Shown here in pieces: positions 13,401-25,783 of a stretch of 64,000 nucleotides of DNA. The translations under genes and the position numbers were made by a program. The DNA comes from Fimbriosthenelais zetlandica (lineage: Eukaryota). The stretch is from contig OZ365114.1 in the NCBI GenBank assembly GCA_977030845.1, forward strand, positions 20,460,001-20,524,000, read 5' to 3'. Each line of letters opens with the position of its first letter. Within the stretch, counting starts at the first letter, position 1. The notes under the pieces were generated by a model. That model searched no databases and was not told the origin of the DNA. It saw only the letters and a program-made list of their open reading frames with translations.

Positions 13401-16400
13401 TAATATGTAGCATATCTTGATCATAAAGATAGCAGATTTACTAGGAACCAGATTTTCCAAAGGCATTTTCATATCCTCATAAACAGGGTTCTTATAACGA
13501 CGGCCATTAGCTGCTATAGGCATTGGACAATCCCTGGCTTTACCCTGAATCATTTACAGTGTGGATATGTTGTCATGGGAACACAATTAAAGCGGTAGTA
13601 ACGTTTGCATGTTCTAGGCTATCATGGCTACCAATGACTACCATCAGCCTAACGAGAATACTTATAGACCGTTATTGCAATAAACGATGAAAAACAATTG
13701 GGTTAGTTCATTCCTAACGTCAACATGCAAAAATCCACACTACTCTCAATCGAAAATATCCCAATGAATAGGAAACTTCGCTTTGGGATGATAAGAAGGC
13801 ATGCATAAGACCCATCCAACTCATAATCAAATCAATTACTCATTGCTGTGAAAGAAAACTTCAATTTTCAATGAATTAGTTGTGTGGTGAAGACAGCATT
13901 CATCCATTTCAAATGAATTCTGCCCGCTCCAATTCTTCACCCATTATAACTAAATTAACTGATGTTATGAATACATGAATACCAACAAAGCTCAGAATAA
14001 ATCCTTTCTCTCTGTCAAAAATATATTTAAAAATCCTCGCTGGTGAATTAATGTATGAATTCCTAGTGTATTCCAGGCATGCTATCCAACATGACTTGTT
14101 GGTGTTTCCTTCCAACAATCAGTGATTATATTCCATACTGAGAGGAGGACATCTCCCTCATGCTGAGGGCAATCCAGGTGTGTAAGAGAATACAGTGTCA
14201 TCTACAATGAACCCACACACCACACCAGCGCTCATTATAAATCCATATCACACATCAGAGAGTGGAGGAGGAGGAGGAGGGGCCATCCAGCCCTCTATGG
14301 TGGCTACCTCCTCCAGGGCCTCTGTGTAGTGGTGAGAAGGTCTCCAGTCTCTGTCAGCAACACGTGCTCGTCAAATAAAGCCAGTGCTCCACCAGCCTGG
14401 AGATTACATATCCCATCATGTCCTTCTCCACCACAGTCCCACACCACACTTCACCCTCTCACAGACAAAGCTTTCAAACCAGTGTCAGCCTACAATGGGC
14501 AATGCCATGGTTAGATGATACCAATTTACCACTGTGTACACTGAGAGAGGGTCCTCATGGCATGGGTGGTGGTGGTGGTGGTCATAGGACAGTGAGATTC
14601 TACTGTGGTTGTGTCGGTGGTGGGTAGTTGGGGGTGGTGGTTGTATCGGTACCATCTATCTCTTCATCCAGCCTCCACCAACCTCCTCCACCAGTCTTGT
14701 TTCACATCGGACCTCTACCAGCAGGCATGCACAGCACTGCCCCCTGGCAAGCACATCATACACAAACTGCTGGCATTGGTCCTACATGCTATGGCAATGG
14801 TTCCTCCACATACAGCCAGGCAATTAACACGATTTGTACGTGACTGAACAACCTTCATATATAGAGCCCGACACGGCACCATACTGAGTGAGGGATGAAT
14901 ACATAACCAATCAGCCTAACCACGGCCACTCTACAGACAGAAAGGGGCATCATTACTTAAGCTAAACCTTTAGGCCAGTCCGGCTAACACTTCAATAGGT
15001 TACATCAAGTCAGTGATTAGTCTAGACTAATTAACACATCAGTGACCTGTTGATTAACATGATGGGTCACCACAGTGAAATCCCAGGATTGTTTAGTGAC
15101 AAAACATTATGTATACTTTTTAAACATTAGAGAAAGCAGCAACGGTAAATACCACCTTTGAGTGTTGAACAAAAAAGGCCATGTTTCTAGCTAATTTTCA
15201 GACAAGAACCAGACTTTTGCCCCATACCTGCCAGTGGCATTTTCTCATCAAGCACATGAATACACATAAGGTCGTAAAGATGAAAGATCCTGTCCAGGGC
15301 AGGTCTGGTAAGATCAGATAGTATCGACAGATTAATATGATATTACACACAACAGAGATCTACCAGATGCATAACTTCATATTACAGCTCAAGAGATGGC
15401 AATCTTTGTAGTTCATTTTCCCAATTGTTTTCCTTCTTCGCAAATAAAATTACAGCATTAAAACTAAAAGCACGAGAAATTTGAAGTGGAAAATTGACGA
15501 ATTCATTTAACCCAATTTCGCCACATTTCAATCGAATGAGGCTCCTTGATGGCAGCCCTGGGCCCAGCAACATGAAAATGAAGCACTGGCCCATTTTCAA
15601 CGATGGAAAAAATCGTCAATGCATGCAACAGGCCCGGATTGCTACATGAAATGGCTGCGATATGCAGAGATTGGGTGGCGGGGGAAAGCATGAATCACAA
15701 CTTGCACGCTTTTAAAACTCAGGCTTTGTTCGCTCATGACGGGTTTGTTGTCAACTCCACAAATTTCATGACATCATGGCATTGATTTTCCAATCTCTGG
15801 GACCCCCCAATGACAAAAGTACTGATCAACATTCATGGCCGCCTCTTGTCCCCTCATTACCAACTCAATATTCTGAAATAGTCCACGTGTCAAGCATGGC
15901 ATGGCAGCATATATACACGCACCGAATCAGCAATATTGGTTTGCATGAAGCATCAATTTGAAAAGTCGTAAAATCTCTTACTTTATCCAGAGAATCGCTG
16001 CTGGAAATTTTAGTCGCCATTACCCACAACACTTCAGGCACCACATGTCCAAGGTGGCATACTACTGGTTCACATGAACACTACTATCACATGTAGATAG
16101 TGCTGGGCTCAGACTTCTATATATAATATGAATATATTTGTCCAAACGCCTGAATAATAGAAACTCGGGAGTTATACCATTAGACAAGTCGAAAGCTGTG
16201 ATCCTTTCCATGCATTCCCTACAGAGAATAGTAGGCCTATGAATGTATGTTTTAAATATAGCATTCCTAATACAAATTTAGAATATCAGACCAAAGTAAA
16301 ATGAAATATTACTGCAGGTCTAAATATTACCTTTTAAAGAATATTCAACAAGAACCTCGGTGAGATCTCAAAATATTTCATCCTTTGATCCAGGATGTAA

Positions 16401-18945
16401 AAGGTTTCAACTCAAGGGAGAAAATCTTATCACTTTGATATGAATATTTTCAAGTCTCAAAAAGTGTAAGAGAGCCATGGAGTGGATGTATGGGGAGGTG
16501 GGGGAGCAGAAGGTGAGCATCTCATGGAGGTATTACGTGAGCTGGGGGAATCAGTGGAAGGGTCGTTAAGTGCATGTAAGCACCAGATCTCCTATCTCCC
16601 ACAGCCGTCAGCAATCCGCGAGAAAAACCGCCGAGCAAAAAGTGAAATACACACCAGTGAGAGGGAAAATTTGAATACATGGCAATCATCAAAACTCAAA
16701 TAATTTGTTTATGAGCTGAATTTTATCTACAGGTCTTCTATGCAGCTGAGCACTAGGCTGAGGTAATGGTTTTGGATGATGTACTGTACTCATTTTGACT
16801 GTAAATTATTTCTGCAGAAAATATTGGTGTAACACCAATTCATCAACCCCATCAGATCGGGCCTAGAGTTCAAAGGTTAACCGCGGCACAGCAGTTCTAG
16901 AAGTTCCAACACCCGTGATGCGATTAGGCCTGGAGTGGGCAGATTTGCCACATGTAAGTAATAGGTACAGTGGAACCTTAGAATCAGGCAACTGTGAAGG
17001 GGCCCCTAACCTGGACAAGTAGCGAGATGAGATTTAGAAATAGAATGAGCATCGCTTGATGGCCTGGCTAGCAGGGATCTAACAATACCAAGAAATGATC
17101 CAATCTCTACCTCCCACCTCTCTCCCCTCATCACCACCTTACTCACTTACTCCAGTCACTCGTACAGCAAGACCCCGCTGGAAATCAGAGAATGGGAAGG
17201 CGAGGGAAAACCAAATATTTCTGCTACCAGGTCTGATTGCGTGAGCTATTGATTACCAAGCCAACAGACTGTAAAAGATATAATCTGCTGTAGCTAGACA
17301 CCACCCTGAGACTGAGAGATAATGTTGTTTGCTCGTGCCGGGTCTCAGCCTTAGTGGCATCGATATGCAGGTCTGTCAGAATCACTGGTCCACAATAGCT
17401 GACCGTTAAGCCTGGGTTTGCTTCCCCTCATCTCTGGGGACAGGGATGACGAGAGGGCATGGAGAGAGATGGTCTTGTACACTGTGGTACTAGCGTCTTT
17501 TTGTGTGTATTAGCTGGGGCTTTACGTTCGGGAGAAATCAGTCCAACAATTTATAATTGAACGGGTTCAGAACCTTTTCTTTGATGAAAATTCAATGATG
17601 GACTGAACTTTGAATATTCTAAAGATCCTAGATGTTAAGGCAGTTACTGAGTAAATTCAAGATAAACTGCGAGTGTCTGAATCATAAATAGAATCTCCTT
17701 CCAATGCTAAATGGGATCCATATTAAGACTTGACAGAGAAAATAACTTTAACATTATCTTAAAATCATGTGCATTACGGCATATCTTGCTTTTGACCAGG
17801 TGCCATCTTGTTGTAAATGAGGCATTTGTCAGGCTTGATATTATGGATTACCGGGAGAGCGGCTAATAAAATCAAAGCAAGTGGCTCCATCTTTAAGACG
17901 AGAACTGATGAGGCAATAGCATGTACCCCTCTAACAAATAGATTTTACAAAAAAACTGCTCTGGTTGGAATGGGAATTGTGAGAAAACGACACATGAATC
18001 AAACATGGTCACACGACCAAATACACTAAGAGAAGAGAAACCAAGTTGAATCTCAAAATATAAATTCTCTGAGAAAAGGCAATCCTATAAATAAATCTGA
18101 AAATGAGTCATTGAGATGGAGTAAATCGTCCAGAAACATAGCTGAAAACTTATGGATTTATTCCAGCCCATGGTTGGAATGGCAGAACGGTGCTATCCAT
18201 TCCATGTTCTCTAGTAATGCTTGATCGGCATACAAGGTGGCGACACTCTATGGCAATCAACACAGGGAGTTGGTGCTGCCATAGAGTGGCGTTTGTACGT
18301 TAATTCATAACAGACAAACTGTCGATGTACTCTCCTCACAGCTACAGAAAGCTTGAGGTCAAGCTACATAGCACGGATGCTACAAAAACAAATGACAGCT
18401 TTACACCTAGAATCACACCATTCACACTGCTGGAGGAACAATGTACAGGCGACACAATAGCTAGTATAGACAGCATTTGTGGCCTGTTTTTAAGTTAGAT
18501 GCTTCATATCAAAGACAATATATACAGTTTGTATTAAAAACGAATGGGGAAGTACCAATTATTTAGTTAATTGGAGTGAAGAACAGTTAATATGGAATGA
18601 ATCAGAATAATGATATATCAGAAAAACAAATAATGAATCAATCTTTCATTGTCTGTATACCACGTAGAAGAATAAAAAATTTTCACACAAAAGATTCATT
18701 GATTGCCTGAATTGGTTGAAATTCAAAATGAATTAATGAATTTTCTTCTATTAATCAATTTTTTAGACTTCTCTCCCCAAGAAAAGCACCAAAAAACAAT
18801 TGTATTATAAAAGGTACTCAGCTCACCTTCTGCTTCTCGTTCTCCTCCTCTCTGCAACATAACTGTCAGATCGTCGTCGTTTTCTCTGCCTGTACACATC
18901 ACAGTCGTATGACGACGACCGCCGTCTCCGACGAGAACGAGGCAT
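548..18945 (-). CDS. CLK2: Dual-specificity LAMMER kinase (CLK2/Doa-like), 5' part only; kinase-domain exons lie beyond the left edge of the window
   Basis: Exon 18945..18827 starts with ATG directly after the acceptor (tttacag|ATG) and reads MPRSRRRRRSSSYDCDVYRQRKRRRSDSYVAERRRTRSR with a phase-2 donor (AG|gtgagc). It joins in frame to exon 6533..6293 (S-YDRDHRDYY...RRDRDRSRHRSSSTCSTW|gtgagt). Composition, ATG placement and the phase-2 first coding intron match vertebrate CLK exons 2-3. The kinase domain is not seen, so the call rests on the RS-domain exons. Confidence 0.78.
1839..1975 (-). other. Candidate stop-containing (poison) cassette exon in CLK intron 3
   Basis: Acceptor tgctttag at 1976-77 and donor GTG|gtaagc at 1838; stop codons are reached whether it is entered in phase 0 or phase 1. 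Confidence 0.4.
3626..3649 (-). CDS. Candidate 24-nt microexon of the CLK gene
   Basis: tttgcctcatgtttcag acceptor and TGG|gtaagt donor. Open (D-TNDFELM-G) if entered in phase 1; carries TAA if entered in phase 0. Confidence 0.5.
5980..5998 (-). CDS. Candidate 19-nt microexon of the CLK gene (CHSDDV-G, phase 0 to 1)
   Basis: Branch-like CTGAC, ~45-nt polypyrimidine tract, tatttcag acceptor and TAG|gtatgt donor; 294-nt intron after exon 3. Confidence 0.55.
6293..6533 (-). CDS. CLK2: CLK exon 3 (Arg/Asp/His/Tyr-rich RS-like region)
   Basis: Poly-T tract plus cag acceptor at 6534-36, 241 nt (1 + 80 codons), donor gtgagt at 6292; in frame with exon 2. Confidence 0.85.
7418..7551 (-). CDS. Candidate alternative first coding exon of the CLK gene (MVAGECLGREEVEG...SSMGAGVCCSLTMPA-R)
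   Basis: GC-rich block with ATG 7551 (GACATGG) and a strong phase-2 donor (ACG|gtgagc) that keeps exon 3 in frame. Confidence 0.5.
18827..18945 (-). CDS. CLK2: CLK exon 2 (first coding exon, RS-rich, 39 codons + 2 nt)
   Basis: Acceptor ctttacag at 18946-47, ATG at 18945, donor gtgagc at 18826; Arg/Ser-rich translation. Confidence 0.85.
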
Positions 18946-20992
18946 CTGTAAAGATTTGTAAAGATTACCATACGATTCTCAAATACAATATGAGGGAAAG
19001 AACTAAGGATTGATACATTTAATGATCTAGATAGTAGAATTAAAATCATGAATTCATAAATATTTTACTACCCTGTATGAACAAATTAAATAAATACATC
19101 GGTATTGCTTTCAAATATTATACCCAAATATGGGTCTATATTAGTGTTACCCAATAAATCAATCAAGACGAATAAGTCATTAGTTGGCATAATTCATAGT
19201 TCCTCTAGCTGCATATAATACTGTTATGAAAATTGAATTCATATAGGTATATATTCCGTATATTGTCTTTAGAATGGAAAGGAATGATAGCACCATGGTG
19301 GGTTATGAAAGCAATTATACTAGATACGCCTACAACAATGCACCAACCGATTTCAACCCGATTTATCCTAAGACCTCTAATATCTCTCAATTCTTCTTCC
19401 CAGGAAAATCGAGTACCTTGTCTTGATTTGGGCGGATAATTGAGGAAAGGTTGGGTTGTAATTGATAGGTGCATTTGAAGGCAACAAAGCTTAATTAAGA
19501 AATGGTACCATTCCAAAGACAGAAACCGCAGCAAGAAATAAAGAAGTCTGCATTATTTTACTGTAACTGTTTCCAGCTGTATAGCAGTATTAATTCATTT
19601 TGTACAATTTAACCCACGCTTAATTCAACACGTGCAACTAGAATTATAAGGCACGTGAATCACTTGACAACTCTTTAAATATAAATCTAAGCACTTTACA
19701 TATTTTTTGTTCAGTATTCAAACTAAAACAAAAATATACGAAATCAAATTTCACCAAATAAATAGGAAAAATGTGTTTCTTTTGTTTAATATTAAAATCA
19801 TAAATCCGTGACCATTGAATGATTGTAAAAACGCCCTATGATCAATCTGATAGATAAAACAGATACCATGCTGTTACTCCTATATTAGCACGAGATATTA
19901 GGCTTCCAGTGGTTTTAATTTGTGGGATTTGTAAATAAATTGGTTAGGCAAATCTCGGCATTCTACTCACCTTTACCATAACAATCACTACCCAATGTGT
20001 AAAGCTTTTTAGCTACCTAGATTTATTTTCAAGTCGTTTATTTTGCCTTTTACACTGTGGTGTATTTCTGCAAAATTATAGAAACATGCATTTTACTTGA
20101 GAGTGTTGTCATCAACTCTACACATTTAATTATATTTTTTAACCTTGTCTGGAGGCTTCCTGTATTAGTAAGGTATTTTAGAAGGATTCTATAATGTGTA
20201 TTTAGCTGGTATGATATATAGGTACCACCTATATTTGGTTCAGAAACTTGATTACATAGATTTATCTACTATTATAACATCACACTCTAATTCTAAGAGG
20301 AAAATATCTATTTCGACACCCTATCATAGGGCCTATGACTAATTCTGTACCCGTCATACTTTCTTCATTATGGAATTACATATAATTTTGAAATTATCAG
20401 AGCAAAGCCGTTATTATTGCCTAGGGCCAGGGGTTTCAATATTTTCCCTAAAAACAAAGGTGATAAATTCACTGATATTAAATAGGGACTAGATATATCA
20501 ACAGAGCTGCAGATTTCTAATATTTACACCAGTTAATGACTGATTACTCCAATGAAACCCACGTCAGACATTACACACTGACAGTGATAGTAGTTTACCT
20601 TAGTATTTGTCCTAAATGTTGTTCATAACAATCACAAAATGCTTCCAAGACATTCGGTGTCACGCTGGTGCCACGCGATTCACTCATGTACACACACTAC
20701 ACCTGCCCTTTTCTAGGTCGATCGACCGCCCCAGCAAAAGAATTTCCCGTGAGCATGGAATATAGAGCCCCTAGGGCAACAAAATAAAAGCGAGGGAACA
20801 CAAACGATTGTTAGGAACCCGCCCGTCAACCGTAACACGGTTACATTACCCAACGATAAATTATAACGTCCATATTTGATTTGGGGTCCCAATTCAAACA
20901 GAAGGAGCTCAAATTAGGACGGGAATGTAGCCAATTCTCGATCACAAGATGTTCAAATATGTTATCCACACAAAGACGATTGTAATACTTAC

Positions 20993-21170
20993 ATTTTCCG
21001 CCCGAATTTTGAAGATTTTGTTCAACAAAAAGTCCAGTTTGCTGTACCTTTGTGGCACCAATACACGTTTTCCGCGATTCGCTAGCGCAGCACCTGCGTC
21101 ACGAGGGAGCGGTTTGTTTTCTCTTCGATGCTAGCCCAAGCTATCCCAGCTTCAGTCAACGCTGACCAAA
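20993..21170 (-). other. Probable non-coding first exon of the CLK gene (5' boundary approximate)
   Basis: Strong donor (GAAAAT|gtaagt) at 20992 inside a CpG-containing stretch upstream of exon 2. Vertebrate CLK genes also have a non-coding exon 1. Confidence 0.55.
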
Positions 21171-21747
21171 ATGCTGAACAAACGCGGCTGCTCGGGCTGA
21201 CTTAAATTTGTATTGATTCTAGTTGAACAATTTACAATCTGGAGAAGAACTTATTAGCAAAATTATAACTATATTCCATGAATAATTCATATAAAATCTT
21301 GTTTTTTCTCACTCTCCTGTGACCAACTTTGGTTAGGTCCCTCGCAGGCACTCTGTTATTAATTCTGTCAGGAAAAGACTCAGAAAATGCCGTTTCTTGT
21401 AATTAAAGCGTTCGAGATTTGTGTAAGAGTTGCTCAAATTCCGATCCTATGATTTTGTAATTAAACTACCGCCCAGAATAGTGTAATATTGTCTTTTGTT
21501 TTGGCAAGCTGTCTCCTCAGTTGTCTGGTACCATTTGGTTCATAACCGCTCCCTCTCATTCACTGCGTGACTGGGACAACATTAAAATGTGATAATGAAA
21601 AGCTGAAATTATGAGATTTTATTGCAAATCTAAGTTTTGAAAATTAATATATTGATTTTAATATTGGATAGAATCCCCAACACAAGTGTTTATTTGCTGA
21701 CAGCATTATTTGTTATGATTCACGGTCAAGGTCACTTTACGGGCAAC
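21000..21747. promoter_or_regulatory. Bidirectional promoter region shared by CLK (-) and MRPL53 (+)
   Basis: CpG-containing interval between divergent first exons; YY1-like AACATGGCGGC overlaps the MRPL53 start codon. Confidence 0.55.
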
Positions 21748-22894
21748 ATGGCGGCCGCAACGAGGCTTCAGCGCATTCTCCACCTGTCGAAAAAGCCACA
21801 GAAAAGCATGCTTATGGTAAATCATGAGAAACGAGCCTTCATTCTGAACATAAACCAGGCTACCCTATCTCCAGTCAAATCGTTAAAGGCGATATTCGAT
21901 CCTTTCCATGAGAAATGTGGATCTATAAGGTAAGGAACCGGGAGAGAAGGGAGGGAGTGATCGAGGGACCGGTGATGGTGGGCACGGACTACCGGGCCGT
22001 GAGGCACCGCCTCCCGTCGATAATCCCTAGTCCTAGACCCATAGATCTAATAATATCAAAGTTAGAAAATAAATTGATAAGCTAAGTATTAGCCTGAGAG
22101 AAATGGGAAAGCCTATATGAACGGTATGTCGCTATGAAAATAGCCATTATTTCCATATGCGCCAATAACTAACTACCGGTACCACTAGTAAATTGATCCA
22201 AGTAGCCTAGTAGGCCTACCGGTATAATTTTGTTATATTTCTTACATTTCAAGAACAGGCGCTGAAAATAAGAGAAAATATAAGAGGGCAGTGGCCTAAA
22301 TTTAGGCACATATATGGTAACATGAGTCAAGAGGTACTTAAAGCCTAACTTAAAGTTTTTAAATAATTTAAGACAAAACCACCCAAGATATTTTGTGTTA
22401 ATTCTATCAATTTTCATTTGCAGGGATGTCACCTATTCCCTATCTTCAGAAAAACTTCAACTAACAAACCCAAAATGTACGCTGTCAGTGGACGTAAAAT
22501 CGGATCTTTCTGAACCCAGACTTGAAGTAGAATTTAGTAAGTGAATGACATCTTGAATTATTTCCCTAACAATTAGTTAAGTTTCTATTAAGATCTTTGT
22601 CTTTAAGTTAGTCTTAAGTTATAACGAGAGTGCCATTGTATTCATAATTAATCCCGAGAAAACAATGGTTTTAATTCTCCACTGTGAAACAGTAACGATG
22701 TAACAATAAAACAGCGTCACTGTTTCTTTCCAGATGATGGTGAAAAAATGGTTTTCAAGACAGAAAATCTAAACAGGGTGGAAATCGCACAAATATTTAA
22801 AAATGCATCTTTAGAAAAGGCGCCAGCAGAAACGCAGTCTGTTGGTTTTCAAACGAAGTCGTCAACCACCAAAGTGAAACCGAAAAAAAGATAG
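21748..22894 (+). CDS. MRPL53: Mitochondrial ribosomal protein L53 (mL53), 151 aa, join(21748..21929,22424..22536,22734..22894)
   Basis: Three GT-AG-bounded exons in consistent phase (2, 1). The translation LSPVKSLKAIFDPFHEKCGSIRDVTYSLSSEKLQLTNPKCTLSVDVKSDLSEPRLEVEFNDG matches the mL53 pattern (F[DC]PF, S.K...TN.KC, DV..D.SEP); the N-terminus is a basic presequence-like segment. Confidence 0.9.
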
Positions 22895-23017
22895 AGACTA
22901 CGTATATATCATGTATATCGACTGGTATCGTGATAATGTTCATATTTTACATACCGGTAACATTACGTTCTTATGTAGCTGCTAACTTGCTGCTGTAAGG
23001 TTGACAGAGTGTATTAC

Positions 23018-23023
23018 AATAAA
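23018..23023 (+). terminator. Probable polyadenylation signal of MRPL53
   Basis: AATAAA about 125 nt after the stop codon. Confidence 0.5.
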
Positions 23024-25783
23024 GTACCTGAAAAACATAATTATTATGTCATCAACCTCCCTATTTTTCTTTTCAAATTATATGTCAATCTTTTCAACGA
23101 AAGTGACGCACCAAACAATTTTTATGTAAAACCTATGAGAGAGTAGTCCCAAGGGGCAGAAACAATGGGCAGAGGGAGGCTGGGAACAGAAATCACGTGT
23201 GAAAGGCGTAGTGGGGCCCGGGGGGGATGCAAGCCCTATGGTCGAAAAACCCTTCATGTATCTCAAAATAAGGTAAACTACGAATATGATAATACCGTAT
23301 CTCATACACCGTAAAATGGAGACCATGCTTTACAGTGTACGCCATGCATTAATCCTTCAATAATTCATTTGGGATCGGAGCCACACACGGCTCATGGGTC
23401 GAGGCACCTGGTTACCGTCACAAGTCTGTGGTGTATACATCTTTCAAGTGTATTTTCATCATCAAAGATTCATGAGGGTATGGCCGGGGAGCACCTGCTC
23501 AATGTGTGCAGCCATCATACAACCATGGACTACCATTTTTATAGTTAGCCCACCAGTCTCCAATGTTGGCTCTATACAAGTCATGATACTCGTATATAGT
23601 CTATTAATGTAGTCAACCACAATGGTGGCTCGCTATTTATTGCTATTCTTCTGCTCCATACTCGCATGGTATGGCTCAAGCCAGTGCCAGGCCCCTTTCC
23701 ATTCCCATTCTTGGTGTATGCATGCATGCCTCCACATCCATACATGTACATAGCACTAGCACAAATATGGATCGTTGGTGACATGCATACATGCTGGCAA
23801 ATGATCTCCACATGCATGCCTGCCATTCATGCATTGGTGTACTCAGCAAATGTACAAGCATAATTATATGCGATGTAAATCAATATTATTAAAACAGTAT
23901 TGTCTGCCTAAACGCAAGTGATCTCGCTGATCCTGTATGTTAATTGCTTCCTTTGTGATTTGTACCTGTTAATCATCAACCTGTTGATAATCAATCAAGC
24001 TGGCAGAGATAATGACTCGTGGAATGTCAGGTGTTGTAATTTCCATTTACTGCCTGACCACAATCCACACCTATTGATCCAGTGCTCGGACAATAATAAA
24101 TCAACAGCCTATACCTTTGGCTGGCAGCTGAGTTCAGCTCTATACTTTAGTGAAACAAACCCAGCAAGACCGATAAGTGAACATGTGGATGGGATGAGCG
24201 TACAAGGGCCAGCGAGGCCGTTCGGGCCCCATCACCCCAGGGCAAAGTATAAAAGCTGGGAACACCCCCATTATGAGGGTGCCCGTTGGCCCGTGAGATG
24301 GGTGGTTGGGGGTTTTGCATCTGCCTCCTCGAATAGCGAGAGGTCTGGTCGACAGAAACAGAACACAGGCGGGGTTATGTCATTGCTAATGTAGTTCTAA
24401 GGGCCCACAAGGAACCAGTGGATCAAACCCCAATGGATCCAGCCATTGGACTGTGTGCTATTATCAGTCAATATTTCATTCAGTCTTCTTGTCTCGTCAG
24501 TTCAAGGTGGTATTCAGTTCCTTTTGTTCTGGTTTTAAAAACGGATTCCTTACAACATTCTCCTCATGTGGACTTTTGATTTGGATATATGTAATTCTAC
24601 ACAGTTGCCGGATTGGTGTATTCCTATGTGAAAAACAGATTCAGCCCTGCAGTGTGTTCTTGCTTCTGTATGAAGCATTGGAGGCATTTCTTCAGATATT
24701 TTACTTGGAAAACCTAGACAGATTGAAAGATTGAAATCTGATTCCTCTATAGAAGAAGAGTTTTCACAGATTTGTATCACTGATTGGTATTGTGGGTGTA
24801 AAGTAAGCTCTATTAGCTCTAGTTGAAGATAACGATTCCTACACTCATCAGTAGTATAAAGAAGGACCTCAGGGGCAGGCGTCCATCAATTACCCGCAGA
24901 CAGCCCAATCCTGGCCCCACATAAGGAAAAGTTACTCCCTCTCTCAATCAGTGTACAATAGGACCAACAGCTTATATTTTCCTCGTATATCTTGCATCAG
25001 AATGGATATATTCACATTTTGGTCATAAAGGAGTGAGAATATTCAGAAGGAAATTTAATTAAATTAGGATGAAACAATAAGAGACCACATCGTATTATAC
25101 TTACCATGGATGTATTATAAGGTATAGGTGTGTGCAACCATCATTGTATATACCGTGCATTGTGGCCAGGATTTAAAGCTAATTATTCATTTCCATGTCC
25201 ATTAGTGGACGGGCTATATCATCTGTGGGCTCCAAGCTGTCCCTTGTTGATTACTCAATACACGTATATGCGCGAAGCGCTGCCCAAGGGGGCCTGCTTC
25301 TACAAACTTACACAGGCAGTATAATGTATTAAATAGACACACTTTAATGGAGAGGCGGAGGGAGCAGACAATGGAAGACTATACTGCTGGTTTACAGAGG
25401 CTTTAAATATTTATTTCATTTCGAAAGGGACAACTTAAATAGTATAAGAGAAAGGGAATTATATGGAAAAAATGAGGTAATCATCTGAGAGACAATCGAA
25501 GGAAGAATGCAGAGTCCCTAATGCAGATTCAAGTCAATGGAGTGTGACGGTGATAGAGAGATGTGTTACCCTTGAAAAAGGATTGTATCGTAATGTCCCT
25601 GACAACTAAAAGGTTTGCTGGAATAGAGCCATGTGAATTATCATAGTGTCATCACATGCATTATCATATCACTAAGTTGTCACAGACAGAGTCGAATATA
25701 TCCCATAACGGGATTTAGGCCTTATCAAGGATTGCTTGAAAATAGATTTCATTGATAGTCCTATATAGGATTACCTCAGCAAG

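Noticed and set aside
15382-15600. Minus ORF starting MKMGQC with a possible phase-2 donor
   Set aside because: Weak donor (gtaata) and non-protein-like composition; chance is as likely.
23078-24900. Cluster of short ORFs with vague Penelope-like phrases and a ~120-codon ATG-less minus frame near 24550-24880
   Set aside because: No diagnostic RT or GIY-YIG motif could be assembled; probably decayed repeat.
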